DNA of 64,000 bases from an uncultured Steroidobacteraceae bacterium (GTDB lineage: Bacteria; Pseudomonadota; Gammaproteobacteria; Steroidobacterales; Steroidobacteraceae). Below the pieces are notes generated by a model. That model ran no database searches. It was not told where the DNA came from and worked only from the letters and a program-made list of their open reading frames with translations. Shown here piece after piece: positions 38,077-47,119 of this stretch. Position 1 is the first letter of the stretch. Each line of letters opens with the position of its first letter. Where the stretch lies: assembly GCA_964396335.1 (NCBI GenBank), contig CAYNEX010000001.1, positions 762 to 64,761 on the forward strand. Direction: 5' to 3'. The position numbers were made by a program, and so were the translations under genes.

Positions 38077-39522
38077 CTATTCGAACAGCGTCATCGTGTT
38101 CAGGTACTTCTCGATGTACCAGCGGTTCTCATTGTTATAGCGGGGAATGGCCACCGGACGGACGCCGTCCGCGGTTTCCTTCCACAGGCAGGGGCAACGC
38201 ACCGGTTTGGCTGGCTGCTCGCCAGGGCGGGCCAGGTCCTGCAGCTTGATGCCGGCCTTCTTCACCACGTTATGGAGGCGGGTGACATTGCGCGGACCGC
38301 CGTTGTAGGCCGCCACGGCGAAGATGCCCAGCAGGTTGGGATCATCCAGGTACACATCGCGGATGTCGGCGCGCATCTGCGAGATCTCGATGTCGAGCAG
38401 GCAGATGGCCGCCTTCATCGAGTTGTACAGGTCGGTGGCGCCGCGTTCGAAGACCGGGTCGATGCGCGCCGCCGGGCAGCGGCGCACCACCATCGAATAG
38501 GTGCCATTGCCCTTGCGGTTGGTGAACTGCATGGCGCCCAGTGCCGAGGCGGTGGACACGCTGTAGCGATAGGCCTCGCCGCGCTTCAGGCCGTACTGGT
38601 TCAGCACCTCGTGGAAGGCTTCCAGCCCCTTGTTGGTGAAGTCGGTATCGTCGGTCTGCTCGATCACCGCCAGCATGGCCACCAGTTCGGCCGGGATTAC
38701 ATCCGCCAGCAGCCGGCCGGGATAGGCGATGCTCGGCGCATTGGCCTCGCGCAGTTCATCCAGCGCCCGGCGCGCCGTCTCCAGCAGGAAATCCCTGCCG
38801 CCGCTGACGAACTGCGGGTCGAAGGTGTCGTGCGTGAAGGGCAGGTAGATGATCGGCTGGGCGGTTTCGGCCACCGCGCGCCAGCGCTTCTTCGACAGCA
38901 GCGCGCTGTCGAACACCGGGAACTTGCGGCCGAACACCCGCAGCGGCTCGCCGTCTTCGGTGGTGAAGGAGAACATCAGCCGTTCGGCGCCCGTGCCCTT
39001 CACGTGCCGGCCGCGGATGCCGGGGGTACGCATGGTGAACTTGATCGGCTTGCCGCCGGGCTTCCACTTCACCGGCGGCCGGGGGATCTCGAGGTGCGCG
39101 ATGATCCAGTCGCTGTCCCGGTCGCTCCACAGCGCGAACAGCACCGGGCGGCCGCGCAGGATCTCGTTGCGTCCCTTGCCGGTGAACACGTATTCCAGTT
39201 CGGCCTTCTCCAGCAGCGCCTGGGCCTCTTCGACCTGGCTGCGGATCAGGTCATGCCGCAGCGGCACGAGGCCGGCGATGACGATCTCTTCCAGTTCCTC
39301 GCCGGGCGTCGGGGGTTCGGGTTCGGTTTCCGCCACGATCAGCGGGACTTCGCCTTCCACCTGCAGCGATTCGGCGGGCTGGGCTTCGGCCTCCTCGGCG
39401 ATGGCTTCGAACAGCAGGTGCTCGGGATCCTCTGCCGGCGGCGGGGAGGTGGTGCAGGCGCTGGCACAGGCCAGCAGCGCAAGGGTGGCTGCGGCAAGCA
39501 GGTTTCGATGCAGTGCGATCAT
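38077..39522 (-). CDS. Lipoprotein with a C-terminal lytic-transglycosylase (SLT)-like domain
   Basis: 481 aa. Lipobox LLACASAC|T. Acidic Pro/Glu linker. C-terminal LGAMQFT ... AAYNGGPRNV resembles SLT family motifs. Confidence 0.65.
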   Translation of the reverse strand: MIALHRNLLAAATLALLACASACTTSPPPAEDPEHLLFEAIAEEAEAQPAESLQVEGEVPLIVAETEPEPPTPGEELEEIVIAGLVPLRHDLIRSQVEEAQALLEKAELEYVFTGKGRNEILRGRPVLFALWSDRDSDWIIAHLEIPRPPVKWKPGGKPIKFTMRTPGIRGRHVKGTGAERLMFSFTTEDGEPLRVFGRKFPVFDSALLSKKRWRAVAETAQPIIYLPFTHDTFDPQFVSGGRDFLLETARRALDELREANAPSIAYPGRLLADVIPAELVAMLAVIEQTDDTDFTNKGLEAFHEVLNQYGLKRGEAYRYSVSTASALGAMQFTNRKGNGTYSMVVRRCPAARIDPVFERGATDLYNSMKAAICLLDIEISQMRADIRDVYLDDPNLLGIFAVAAYNGGPRNVTRLHNVVKKAGIKLQDLARPGEQPAKPVRCPCLWKETADGVRPVAIPRYNNENRWYIEKYLNTMTLFE

Positions 39523-39686
39523 TCCCGTCAGCTTAGCCGGTGAATCGCATCGCCGCTGCTATCGTGCGCACACCTCGGGCTTGACCTGTGATTCACCGCA
39601 AAGGCCCCTCCACCTGCGCGCGGCGCGTAAGGGGCGATGCAACATCAGGGAGTTCCGGAGCCGCCGACTGGTATGCTCCGCACCTC

Positions 39687-41459
39687 ATGAAGTCCACCCC
39701 TGCCGCGCCGCCTGACGCCGTGCGGTTTTCCGATCTGGGCCTCGCGGACGCCATCGTGCGCGCAGTCCAGTCCGTCGGCTATGAAGCCGCATCCCCGATC
39801 CAGGCCGCGACCATCCCTGCGCTGCTCGAAGGCGCCGATGTGCTCGGCCAGGCGCAGACCGGTACCGGCAAGACAGCCGCGTTCGCGCTGCCCATCCTGT
39901 CGCGCCTCGACCTGAAGCAGCGCCAGCCGCAGGCGCTGGTGCTGGTGCCCACGCGCGAGCTGGCCATCCAGGTGTCCGAGGCCTTCCAGAAGTACGCGGC
40001 GGGACTGAATGGCTTCCACGTGCTGCCCATCTATGGTGGCCAGAGTTACGTGCCGCAGCTCAATGCATTGAAGCGCGGCCCGCAGGTGATCGTCGGCACG
40101 CCCGGCCGTGTCATCGACCACCTGGAGCGTGGCACGCTGAAGCTCGATGCCGTGCGCTGCGTGGTGCTGGACGAGGCCGACGAGATGCTGGCGATGGGCT
40201 TTGCCGACGCGATGGAAGCCATCCTGTCGCAGACGCCGGCCGAGAAGCAGGTGGCGCTGTTCTCCGCCACGATGGCGCCGAACATCCGCCGCATCGCGCA
40301 GACGCACCTGCGGCAGCCGCGCGAGATCGTCATCAAGGGGAAGAGCGGGACTGCCGCCAACATCCGCCAGACCTACTGGATGGTCAGCGGGCTGCACAAG
40401 CTCGATGCGCTGACGCGCATCGTCGAGGTGGCCGATTTCGACGCCATGCTGGTGTTCGTGCGCACCAAGCAGGCCACCGTCGACCTCGCCGAGCGGCTGC
40501 AGGCGCGCGGTTTTGCCGCGGTCGCGCTGAATGGCGACGTGCCGCAAGCCGTGCGCGAGAAGACCGTGCAGCAGCTGAAGGCCGGACGCATCGACATCCT
40601 GGTGGCCACCGACGTGGCGGCGCGCGGCCTCGACGTGGACCGCGTGACGCATGTGGTCAACTACGACGTGCCCTATGACACCGAATCTTACGTGCACCGC
40701 ATCGGGCGCACCGGCCGCGCCGGGCGCAGTGGCGAGGCCATCCTGTTCATCGCGCCGCGCGAACGCAACCTGCTGCGGCTGATCGAGCGCGCGACGCGCC
40801 AGACCATCGAGCCGCTGTCGCTGCCGACGGTGGAGGATGTGAACACCCGCCGGCTGGCCAAGTTCAAGGCGCGCATCGGCGAGGCGCTGGCCAACGCGCC
40901 GTCGGACTTCTACCGCAAGGCGGTGCAGGAAGTGGCGCTGGAAACCGGCGCGGACCTGCTCAGCATCGCCGCCGCGGCGGCATCGCTGGCGGAAGGCGGC
41001 GCGCCGGTCGAGGCGCGCGGCCGGGGAGAAGTGTCCCGTGCCGAGCAACCCCGCGAAGAACCAGGCGAGGGCAAGCCGAAGCGCCGTCGCGAGATGCGTT
41101 TCGAGGAGCATGCACCGGAAGAATCGTCGCTGCCGCCGATGGACCCGAAGGCCTATGCCTTCGAGGACGATGGCGAGCAGAAGACCTGGCGCCTGGCCGT
41201 GGGCCGCCGCCATCGCGTTGAACCCGGCCACATCGTCGGAGCCATCGCCAACGAGGCCAAACTGCATGGCTCGCAGATCAATGGCGTGGACATCCGTGCC
41301 GACTACACCACCGTGCGGCTGCCGGCGCAGCTGCCCGAGGCGGTGATCGAGCGGCTGTCGCGGGTGCGGGTGCGCGGGCAGGCGCTGGACCTGCGGGAAG
41401 GCGTGGCGGCGAGGAAGCCGAAGGCGACGCACCGGAAGGGGAAACGGCCGGGGTATTGA
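39687..41459 (+). CDS. deaD: DEAD-box RNA helicase with a DbpA-type C-terminal RNA-binding domain
   Basis: The supplied ORF was trimmed to ATG 39687. Q-motif ASPIQ. AQTGTGKTAAFALP, VLDEADEML, LFSATM and HRIGRTGRAG. C-terminal WRLAVGRRHRVEPGHIVGAIANEA. Confidence 0.9.
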   Translation: MKSTPAAPPDAVRFSDLGLADAIVRAVQSVGYEAASPIQAATIPALLEGADVLGQAQTGTGKTAAFALPILSRLDLKQRQPQALVLVPTRELAIQVSEAFQKYAAGLNGFHVLPIYGGQSYVPQLNALKRGPQVIVGTPGRVIDHLERGTLKLDAVRCVVLDEADEMLAMGFADAMEAILSQTPAEKQVALFSATMAPNIRRIAQTHLRQPREIVIKGKSGTAANIRQTYWMVSGLHKLDALTRIVEVADFDAMLVFVRTKQATVDLAERLQARGFAAVALNGDVPQAVREKTVQQLKAGRIDILVATDVAARGLDVDRVTHVVNYDVPYDTESYVHRIGRTGRAGRSGEAILFIAPRERNLLRLIERATRQTIEPLSLPTVEDVNTRRLAKFKARIGEALANAPSDFYRKAVQEVALETGADLLSIAAAAASLAEGGAPVEARGRGEVSRAEQPREEPGEGKPKRRREMRFEEHAPEESSLPPMDPKAYAFEDDGEQKTWRLAVGRRHRVEPGHIVGAIANEAKLHGSQINGVDIRADYTTVRLPAQLPEAVIERLSRVRVRGQALDLREGVAARKPKATHRKGKRPGY

Positions 41460-41487
41460 GCCTCGTTCGCAGCCGCAAGAGAAGGAA

Positions 41488-42468
41488 TCAGTCGCCTGCG
41501 CCCGCGGCGGAAGCGCCACGGATCGCCCCAGCACGCACCTGCGCTTCTTCCAGGTGCCTGCGATAACCGTCCAGCGCCGCTTCCTGCATCGCCCTGAACC
41601 GCTCCAGGGCGGGGCCGGACAGGATCTGTGATGCCTCCTGGAGGATGCGCGCGTTATAGGCGGTGGCTGCAGCGAGCTTCCGGCGGTCATCGGAGGAGGG
41701 GGGCGAGTCGATGCGCAGCGGAAGGTACGTGGGCCCGTCCGAGAACGCTTCCGGTTCCACGCCGTTGCGGGCAGCTTCCTTTTCCATCCGTTGATGTTCA
41801 TCCGCATAGGCGAGCAGCAGTTGCCGTGCTTCGGTCACGGTCACGGGTGCACCCGGCGGCGTGATCATGAAGAGCATCAGTTCACGACGTTCATCCTCGG
41901 CTGCGAGCACGGCCCGTATCTGCTGTCGCCGTTCAGTACCGACCACCTGATCCAGTTGCGCATCGGAGAGGTGCAGCGACCCTGGATCAATGCCGTCCGA
42001 CTTGCAGGATGGATCGGCTTCGCAGGCCAGCTGAGCGCGCAGATCCTGCAGCCACGCCGCGGCCTGCATGTCCGCGAGTTGCTCGATCTCGCCGGTCTCA
42101 AGTTCGATGAACAGCCGATGCCAGAACCAGTCGCCGAGGTATCCGCGCCGCCTGGTTTGCATCTGTCGCGCCTGGTGACCGGCGTCTTCCAGACGGGCAA
42201 GCTGCATTTCCGCATTGATGTTCGCTTCTGCCCGGATCGGGGCTGGATCTCGTTGCGGAGTCTCGAGGAGAGAACCCGCCCCGTCCGTTTCCAGGCGGGA
42301 GGTGGCCGAGTGCGGGGGGCGTGTGGAATCCGCCGGCAGGACAGGGGTGTTTGCCACGGGCTGTCCGGCACGGTCTGCGGGATGATTCAGGTGGAAGAAT
42401 GTTGTGAGACCGGCCAGCAGCAACGAAGCGGCGGCCAGGGCGACATTCGCCAGTCGTTGGCCGGTCAC
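41488..42468 (-). CDS. Membrane-anchored helical protein, paralogue B (unknown function)
   Basis: 326 aa. N-terminal TM (ALAAASLLLAGLTTFF), Pro-rich linker and a long helical region with CEADPSC, LSDAQ and a C-terminal ...ERFRAMQEAALDGYRRHLEEAQ. The GTG start overlaps the paralogue A stop (GTGA). Confidence 0.6.
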   Translation of the reverse strand: MTGQRLANVALAAASLLLAGLTTFFHLNHPADRAGQPVANTPVLPADSTRPPHSATSRLETDGAGSLLETPQRDPAPIRAEANINAEMQLARLEDAGHQARQMQTRRRGYLGDWFWHRLFIELETGEIEQLADMQAAAWLQDLRAQLACEADPSCKSDGIDPGSLHLSDAQLDQVVGTERRQQIRAVLAAEDERRELMLFMITPPGAPVTVTEARQLLLAYADEHQRMEKEAARNGVEPEAFSDGPTYLPLRIDSPPSSDDRRKLAAATAYNARILQEASQILSGPALERFRAMQEAALDGYRRHLEEAQVRAGAIRGASAAGAGD

Positions 42469-43415
42469 GGCCTGTCACGGGCCTCCAGCGCCCGCCTGCG
42501 TGCTTGCATCTCCCTGGCATCCAGATGCATGGCCACCAGTTCATCGACTTCCGGGGTGAAGGTCCTGCTGAATGCAGCAAATTGGGCGCTCGTCAGGATG
42601 CGCTCCGCACGGTCCAGCAGTCGCTGCCCATGCTCCCTCGTCGAGTCGGCAAGCCGTTGGTGGTCGTCCGGCGAGCCGGCGGTGGCAAGAAGAACCAGCT
42701 CGCCGGTGGTGGCCGAGCGCAGGTACAGCCCCTGCTGCTTTGCCTGCTGCTCGATGCGCTGCTGTTCCTGGTGGAATGCGCGTGCCAGGCGCTCCATGGT
42801 GGCCGGATCCATCCGGTGTGCTTCGCCCAGTCTTGAATCGAAGAATCGCGCGAGGGCCAGATGCGGCACCAGATTCCGGTTGTCCAGCATCCGCTCGTGC
42901 AGGTCCGGGCCCAGCAGCAGAAAATCGTCCTGCCTGGCTTCTTCCCTCTGGGTGGCGCTCAAGGCTTGTTGATCGCACCGCGGATCAAGCTGGCAGGTCA
43001 GCAGCCGTTCCTGTCGCTGTGCGATCAGCCCGGCGCGGGCGTTGAGGTATTCCTCGACCTCGGTCGCGGACATTCCGATCTGCGGGCCCTCGATCTCCCA
43101 ACCACCGAAGCGGAGCCTGGCGATGTATTCGCGAATGCGCTGTGCCCTGGTGGCAGGATCCCGCAGCAATGCCAGGCGGTATCGGAGCAAGGCCTGCCAG
43201 CCGGGGTCTGCGTTTGTGGTCGAAGGCGCCGCAGGCGCCAGTGAACCCGGCCCTGGCATCTCCACCCCCGGGATCAGGTCTGCGTGTTCCGCAACAGCGT
43301 GAACGGTTTCCTCCGCGGCGCCCCTGGCCTGCGACTGCCATGGCCGGTACGCGTGAATCGCCGTCGCGCCGAAGAAGGCGGTGGTGGCAGCCAGCACCAG
43401 CGTAAGTCGGTTCAT
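42465..43415 (-). CDS. Membrane-anchored helical protein, paralogue A (unknown function)
   Basis: 316 aa. N-terminal TM (LTLVLAATTAFFGATAI), a linker and a helical region with CQLDPRC, LSATQ and LTSAQFAAF. AGGGA RBS. Confidence 0.6.
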   Translation of the reverse strand: MNRLTLVLAATTAFFGATAIHAYRPWQSQARGAAEETVHAVAEHADLIPGVEMPGPGSLAPAAPSTTNADPGWQALLRYRLALLRDPATRAQRIREYIARLRFGGWEIEGPQIGMSATEVEEYLNARAGLIAQRQERLLTCQLDPRCDQQALSATQREEARQDDFLLLGPDLHERMLDNRNLVPHLALARFFDSRLGEAHRMDPATMERLARAFHQEQQRIEQQAKQQGLYLRSATTGELVLLATAGSPDDHQRLADSTREHGQRLLDRAERILTSAQFAAFSRTFTPEVDELVAMHLDAREMQARRRALEARDRP

Positions 43416-43575
43416 TCCCTGCCCCGGACGTGCTACCCCGGCAAGCCTGCCACAAATCCCGCCTCAGGCGCGTGGAGACCCATCCGGCCCCTCCCGGGGC
43501 CGCGGGTCAACACATGATGTTGAACCGACGCCATTCCCGCGCCAGCATGATCTTTCAACCAGCACGGAGCGCGCC

Positions 43576-43962
43576 ATGTCCCACCACAGTCGCTTGTCCG
43601 GATTCATCATCGACAGCCAGCAGGGCAGCCTGCGTGAAGCCGCGGATTTCTGGGCGCAGGCGCTGGGCCTGGGCGTCAGGAACTACGACGAAAGCGATCT
43701 TGGACTGTACGCGCTGCTGGGAGAGGGGCCTGGCGGCCTGAACATCGAGGTGCAGAAGGTCGCGCATCCGTCACGCGTGCACCTCGACATCGAAGCCGAT
43801 GACATCGAGGCGGAAGTCGCGCGCCTGGAGAAGCTCGGCGCCAGGCGCGTCGAGTGGGTGCGTGACAGCTGGTGGGTGATGGAAGCCCCGACCGGGCATC
43901 GCTTCTGCGTGGTGCGGATGAGGAAACCGGAGCAGGGCGCGAAGCCCAATGAATGGACGTGA
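43576..43962 (+). CDS. VOC/glyoxalase-like domain protein
   Basis: The supplied ORF was trimmed to ATG 43576 (ACGGAG RBS). 128 aa. FWAQALGL...VHLDIEADDIEAEVARLEKLGA...VMEAPTGHRFCVV is typical of the VOC fold. Confidence 0.7.
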   Translation: MSHHSRLSGFIIDSQQGSLREAADFWAQALGLGVRNYDESDLGLYALLGEGPGGLNIEVQKVAHPSRVHLDIEADDIEAEVARLEKLGARRVEWVRDSWWVMEAPTGHRFCVVRMRKPEQGAKPNEWT

Positions 43963-44501
43963 AGGTCGCGCGCATCCTGGTGGTGATGGGCGTGTCGTCC
44001 AGCGGCAAGTCCACCATCGGTGAAGCGCTGGCCTCACGGCTGGGACTGCCATTCCTGGATGCCGATGCCTGGCATCCGCAGGCCAACGTGGAGAAGATGC
44101 GCGCCGGTGTTCCGCTCACCGATGAGGACCGCTGGCCGTGGCTGCAGCGCTATGCGCAGGCGCTGACGCAGGCCGCGAAACCCCGGCGGGGCGTGGTGGG
44201 AGCCTGCTCGGCGCTGCGGCGCGCTTATCGCGACTACCTGTTGGAATGTGCCGCTGAACCCATCCGGTTCATCTATCTGCAAGGGGACCGGGCGCTGATC
44301 GGTGAGCGCATCGCCCGCCGCCAGCACCATTACATGCCTGCGAGCCTGCTCGACAGCCAGTTCGAGACGCTGGAAATCCCGCAGGCAGACGAGAATGCCC
44401 TGGTGGTATCCATCGACGCGCCGGTGGAGCAGATCGTCGACGACATCCAGCGCCGCCTCATTTCAGGCGGAGCGCCTCCTCCACCACGCTGCGATCGATG
44501 A
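43953..44501 (+). CDS. gntK: Gluconokinase
   Basis: 182 aa. P-loop VVMGVSSSGKSTIGEAL, then FLDADAWHPQANVEKMRAGVPLTDEDRWPWL, typical of GntK/IdnK. The start overlaps the upstream stop by 10 nt. Confidence 0.85.
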   Translation: MDVKVARILVVMGVSSSGKSTIGEALASRLGLPFLDADAWHPQANVEKMRAGVPLTDEDRWPWLQRYAQALTQAAKPRRGVVGACSALRRAYRDYLLECAAEPIRFIYLQGDRALIGERIARRQHHYMPASLLDSQFETLEIPQADENALVVSIDAPVEQIVDDIQRRLISGGAPPPPRCDR

Positions 44502-45507
44502 ATTTCTCCAGCTCCGCGCGGCTGCGTGCCGGGCGGTTGCTGACGCTCGCCAGCCATTGCTCCTCGGTCTCGAGCACGTCGAGCATGTCCGGGATGACAT
44601 GCACCGGGAACTCGGTTTCCGGCCAGCCCCAGCCGATCTGTTCCTCGGTGAAACCGAGCACGCTGGAGATATGCGCCACGTAGGGTGAACGGTCCTTCTT
44701 CAGCGCCGCGGAGGCATCGGCCACCGCGCGCACGAAACGCACGATGGCGCGGCGCTTTTCCGGATCGGCCAGGTCCGAGGCGCGCGCATTCAGGTTGAAG
44801 GCCTCGCGGTACACCTTGCGATCCTGCAGCACGATGGCGTCATCGCCGAGCAGGTGCACGGCCACTTCCGGTTCCGGCTCGAAGGTGGCGATCACATCCG
44901 CTTCGCCACGCGCCAGGGCCTCGGCGAGGCCGAAGCGGCTGCGCGGTGCGGCCGGTTGTGCCGGCGGCTGTCCCTGCGAGCCACCTTGGCCCTGTCCCCG
45001 CTGCGGCGGTGCCTGGCTCACCAGGATCACATCACTTTCGTCGAGGCCTGCGCTGCGCAGCATCGCCACCAGGTAGTAATGCGCCGAGGTCAGACGCGGC
45101 ACCAGCACACGCTTGCCCTTCAGGTCCGACAGCTGGCTGATGCCTGAGGACCTGCGTGCCACCAGCCGGTAGAAACTCTCGGACACGGTCATGATGATGC
45201 GCAGGTCCGGGTTGTTGATGGATTCGCGCAGCAGCTGCGTTTCCGCATTGGTGGCGAGGTCCGCCGCGCCGGAGGTGATGCTCACCACGCCGCCGGAGGG
45301 TACGTCCAGCTTCTGCGGGTAGAAATTGTTCGCTGCCACCAGTACCGGCGACAGTTCGATCCAGCGTGCACCGGCCACCTTGATCGGCACCAGCGGCTGG
45401 CTGTCATCCAGGGGTTTCGTGCTGGTGGCGCAGCTCTGCAGCATCAAGGCCGCGCTTGCGGCCAGCAAGGTTGCGCTGATCATCCTGATGCCGCGAACGA
45501 CCTTCAT
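44458..45507 (-). CDS. Periplasmic substrate-binding lipoprotein, NMT1/SsuA-like, with no adjacent permease or ATPase
   Basis: The supplied ORF was trimmed to ATG 45507. Lipobox MLQSC|A. Two-lobed SBP-like sequence (GKRVLVPRLTSAHYYLVAMLRSAGL). Gln/Gly/Pro-rich insertion at 44935-45015. Confidence 0.7.
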   Translation of the reverse strand: MKVVRGIRMISATLLAASAALMLQSCATSTKPLDDSQPLVPIKVAGARWIELSPVLVAANNFYPQKLDVPSGGVVSITSGAADLATNAETQLLRESINNPDLRIIMTVSESFYRLVARRSSGISQLSDLKGKRVLVPRLTSAHYYLVAMLRSAGLDESDVILVSQAPPQRGQGQGGSQGQPPAQPAAPRSRFGLAEALARGEADVIATFEPEPEVAVHLLGDDAIVLQDRKVYREAFNLNARASDLADPEKRRAIVRFVRAVADASAALKKDRSPYVAHISSVLGFTEEQIGWGWPETEFPVHVIPDMLDVLETEEQWLASVSNRPARSRAELEKFIDRSVVEEALRLK

Positions 45508-45607
45508 GGTGCTTCCCCGGATGTATGGATGCGTCGAGACTAGCCGCGCATCGCACCGGGACCAACACTCGCAAGGATTGCTTCCTCCCTGATCAAGGGG
45601 CGCCAAT

Positions 45608-45640
45608 GAAAAAGACCCCGGTCGGGAACCGCCGGGGTCT
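45608..45640 (-). terminator. Rho-independent terminator for the 45673-45981 gene
   Basis: Minus-strand AGACCCCGG-(10 nt)-CCGGGGTCT followed by TTTTTCATT, about 33 nt downstream of the stop codon. It is one of very few A/T runs in the window. Confidence 0.65.
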
Positions 45641-45672
45641 TCGGAAGAATGCGGGAGGAAGCGGGCCGCGGA

Positions 45673-45981
45673 TCAGGCCTTGCTGTCGACCTTCGCGCAC
45701 TTGCCCTTGAACTTCTCGCCGGCAGTGGTCTCGCGCGTGTGGTACTCCATGGTCTCCTTGTCGACCATCACCTTGATACCCTTCAGGTAATAGGCGCTGA
45801 CGCCGTCGCGCATCTTGATCGAACCGTTGTCGTCGACCCAGCCTTCCTGCTCATCGTAGGAAATCTTCAGGGTCTGCTGCGCGCCGGTCGGGCTGCTGCC
45901 CTTGCACTCGAGCTTGACCACCTCGGCCAGGCCCAGGGTCGGAGCGGAAAGGAGGAAGAGGGGCAGGATCAGGCGCTTCAT
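45673..45981 (-). CDS. Small secreted protein (unknown function)
   Basis: The supplied ORF was trimmed to ATG 45981. 102 aa. Signal MKRLILPLFLLSAPTLGLA. Two Cys (ECKG...GKCAK). A clear terminator follows. Confidence 0.6.
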   Translation of the reverse strand: MKRLILPLFLLSAPTLGLAEVVKLECKGSSPTGAQQTLKISYDEQEGWVDDNGSIKMRDGVSAYYLKGIKVMVDKETMEYHTRETTAGEKFKGKCAKVDSKA

Positions 45982-46184
45982 CTTGGTCTCCGGCAGGGTT
46001 CGGACTGGGCGCAGATTACGGCGGGTCGGCGGCTGGCTGTGTGAGCATTTCCACATTTCCCGCCCGGGTCCGCGGGAGGCCCTCCAGGGGCCCCGCAGGG
46101 CCCCGCCGACAGAGGGTGGAGGTGGCGGCAACCGGGCGGGAGGGTCGGGGCTATACTGCGCGGCCCCCGAACTGCCCCCTGCCC

Positions 46185-47108
46185 ATGTTCTTCAAGAATC
46201 TCTGCCTGTTTCGCCTGCCCCCGGACTGGGATGTTTCCGCCACCGAGCTGGAGAACCGGCTGGAAGGCCGCCCGCTGCCTCCCTGTGGCCATTTCGACAT
46301 GATGACCCGCGGTTGGCTGCCGGTCGGTCCCACCGGGCGCCTGCTGCACACCGTCGGCTCGCACCACCTGATTGCGCTGGGCGTGGAGCAGAAGCTGCTG
46401 CCGGCCTCGGTGATCCGCCAGGAGGCCGCCGACCGGGCCGTGGAGATCGCCAGGGAGCAGGGTTTCCCGGTGGGCCGCAAGCAGATGCGCGACCTGAAGC
46501 TGCGGGTGACCGAGGAGCTGCGCGCCCGCGCGCTGGTGAAGCGCCGCACCACCCACGCCTGGATCGATCGCGACAGCGGCTGGCTGGTGGTGGACACCGC
46601 CGGCCTGGCCCGCGCCGAGGAAGTGGTGGAAACCCTGCGCGACACGCTGGGCAGCTTCGCCTGCACGCCGGTGGACACCGCCAGGTCACCGCGCGTGGCA
46701 ATGGGCAGCTGGATCTCGACCGGCGAGGTGGGCCATCACTTCGGCATCGACGACGAGCTGGAACTGCAGGTCGCCGACGGGTCGCGTGCCACCATCCGCC
46801 ATACCCGCCATGCCTTCGACCAGGCGCAGGTGCGCCAGCACCTGTCGAAGGGCTTCACGCCGACGCGCCTGGGCCTGACCTGGAACGGCCGCATCTCCTT
46901 CGTGCTCACCGACAAGCTGCAGGTGAAGCGGGTCGAGTTCCTGGAGATGGAGGATGTCGATGACACCGACCAGGACATCGATCCGCAGGAGCAGTTCGAC
47001 ATTGATTTCACCGTGATGAGCGGCGAGCTGTCGAAGCTGCTGGCGGACCTGATCGAGGCGCTGGGCGGCCCGAACACCGCCGCTGCGGACGTTTCGGCCG
47101 CGGCCTGA
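46185..47108 (+). CDS. rdgC: Recombination-associated protein RdgC
   Basis: The supplied ORF was trimmed to ATG 46185. MFFKNLCLFRLPPDW... is the characteristic RdgC N-terminus. 307 aa. Confidence 0.9.
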   Translation: MFFKNLCLFRLPPDWDVSATELENRLEGRPLPPCGHFDMMTRGWLPVGPTGRLLHTVGSHHLIALGVEQKLLPASVIRQEAADRAVEIAREQGFPVGRKQMRDLKLRVTEELRARALVKRRTTHAWIDRDSGWLVVDTAGLARAEEVVETLRDTLGSFACTPVDTARSPRVAMGSWISTGEVGHHFGIDDELELQVADGSRATIRHTRHAFDQAQVRQHLSKGFTPTRLGLTWNGRISFVLTDKLQVKRVEFLEMEDVDDTDQDIDPQEQFDIDFTVMSGELSKLLADLIEALGGPNTAAADVSAAA

Positions 47109-47119
47109 GGGAGGCGGTC

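Noticed and set aside
41488-43415. The idea that the membrane-anchored helical paralogues are lipase-specific foldases (Lif).
   Set aside because: The architecture is similar (TM anchor, Pro-rich spacer, helical body). I could not find the conserved Lif RxxFDY[FC]L[ST]A-type motif, and no lipase gene is adjacent.
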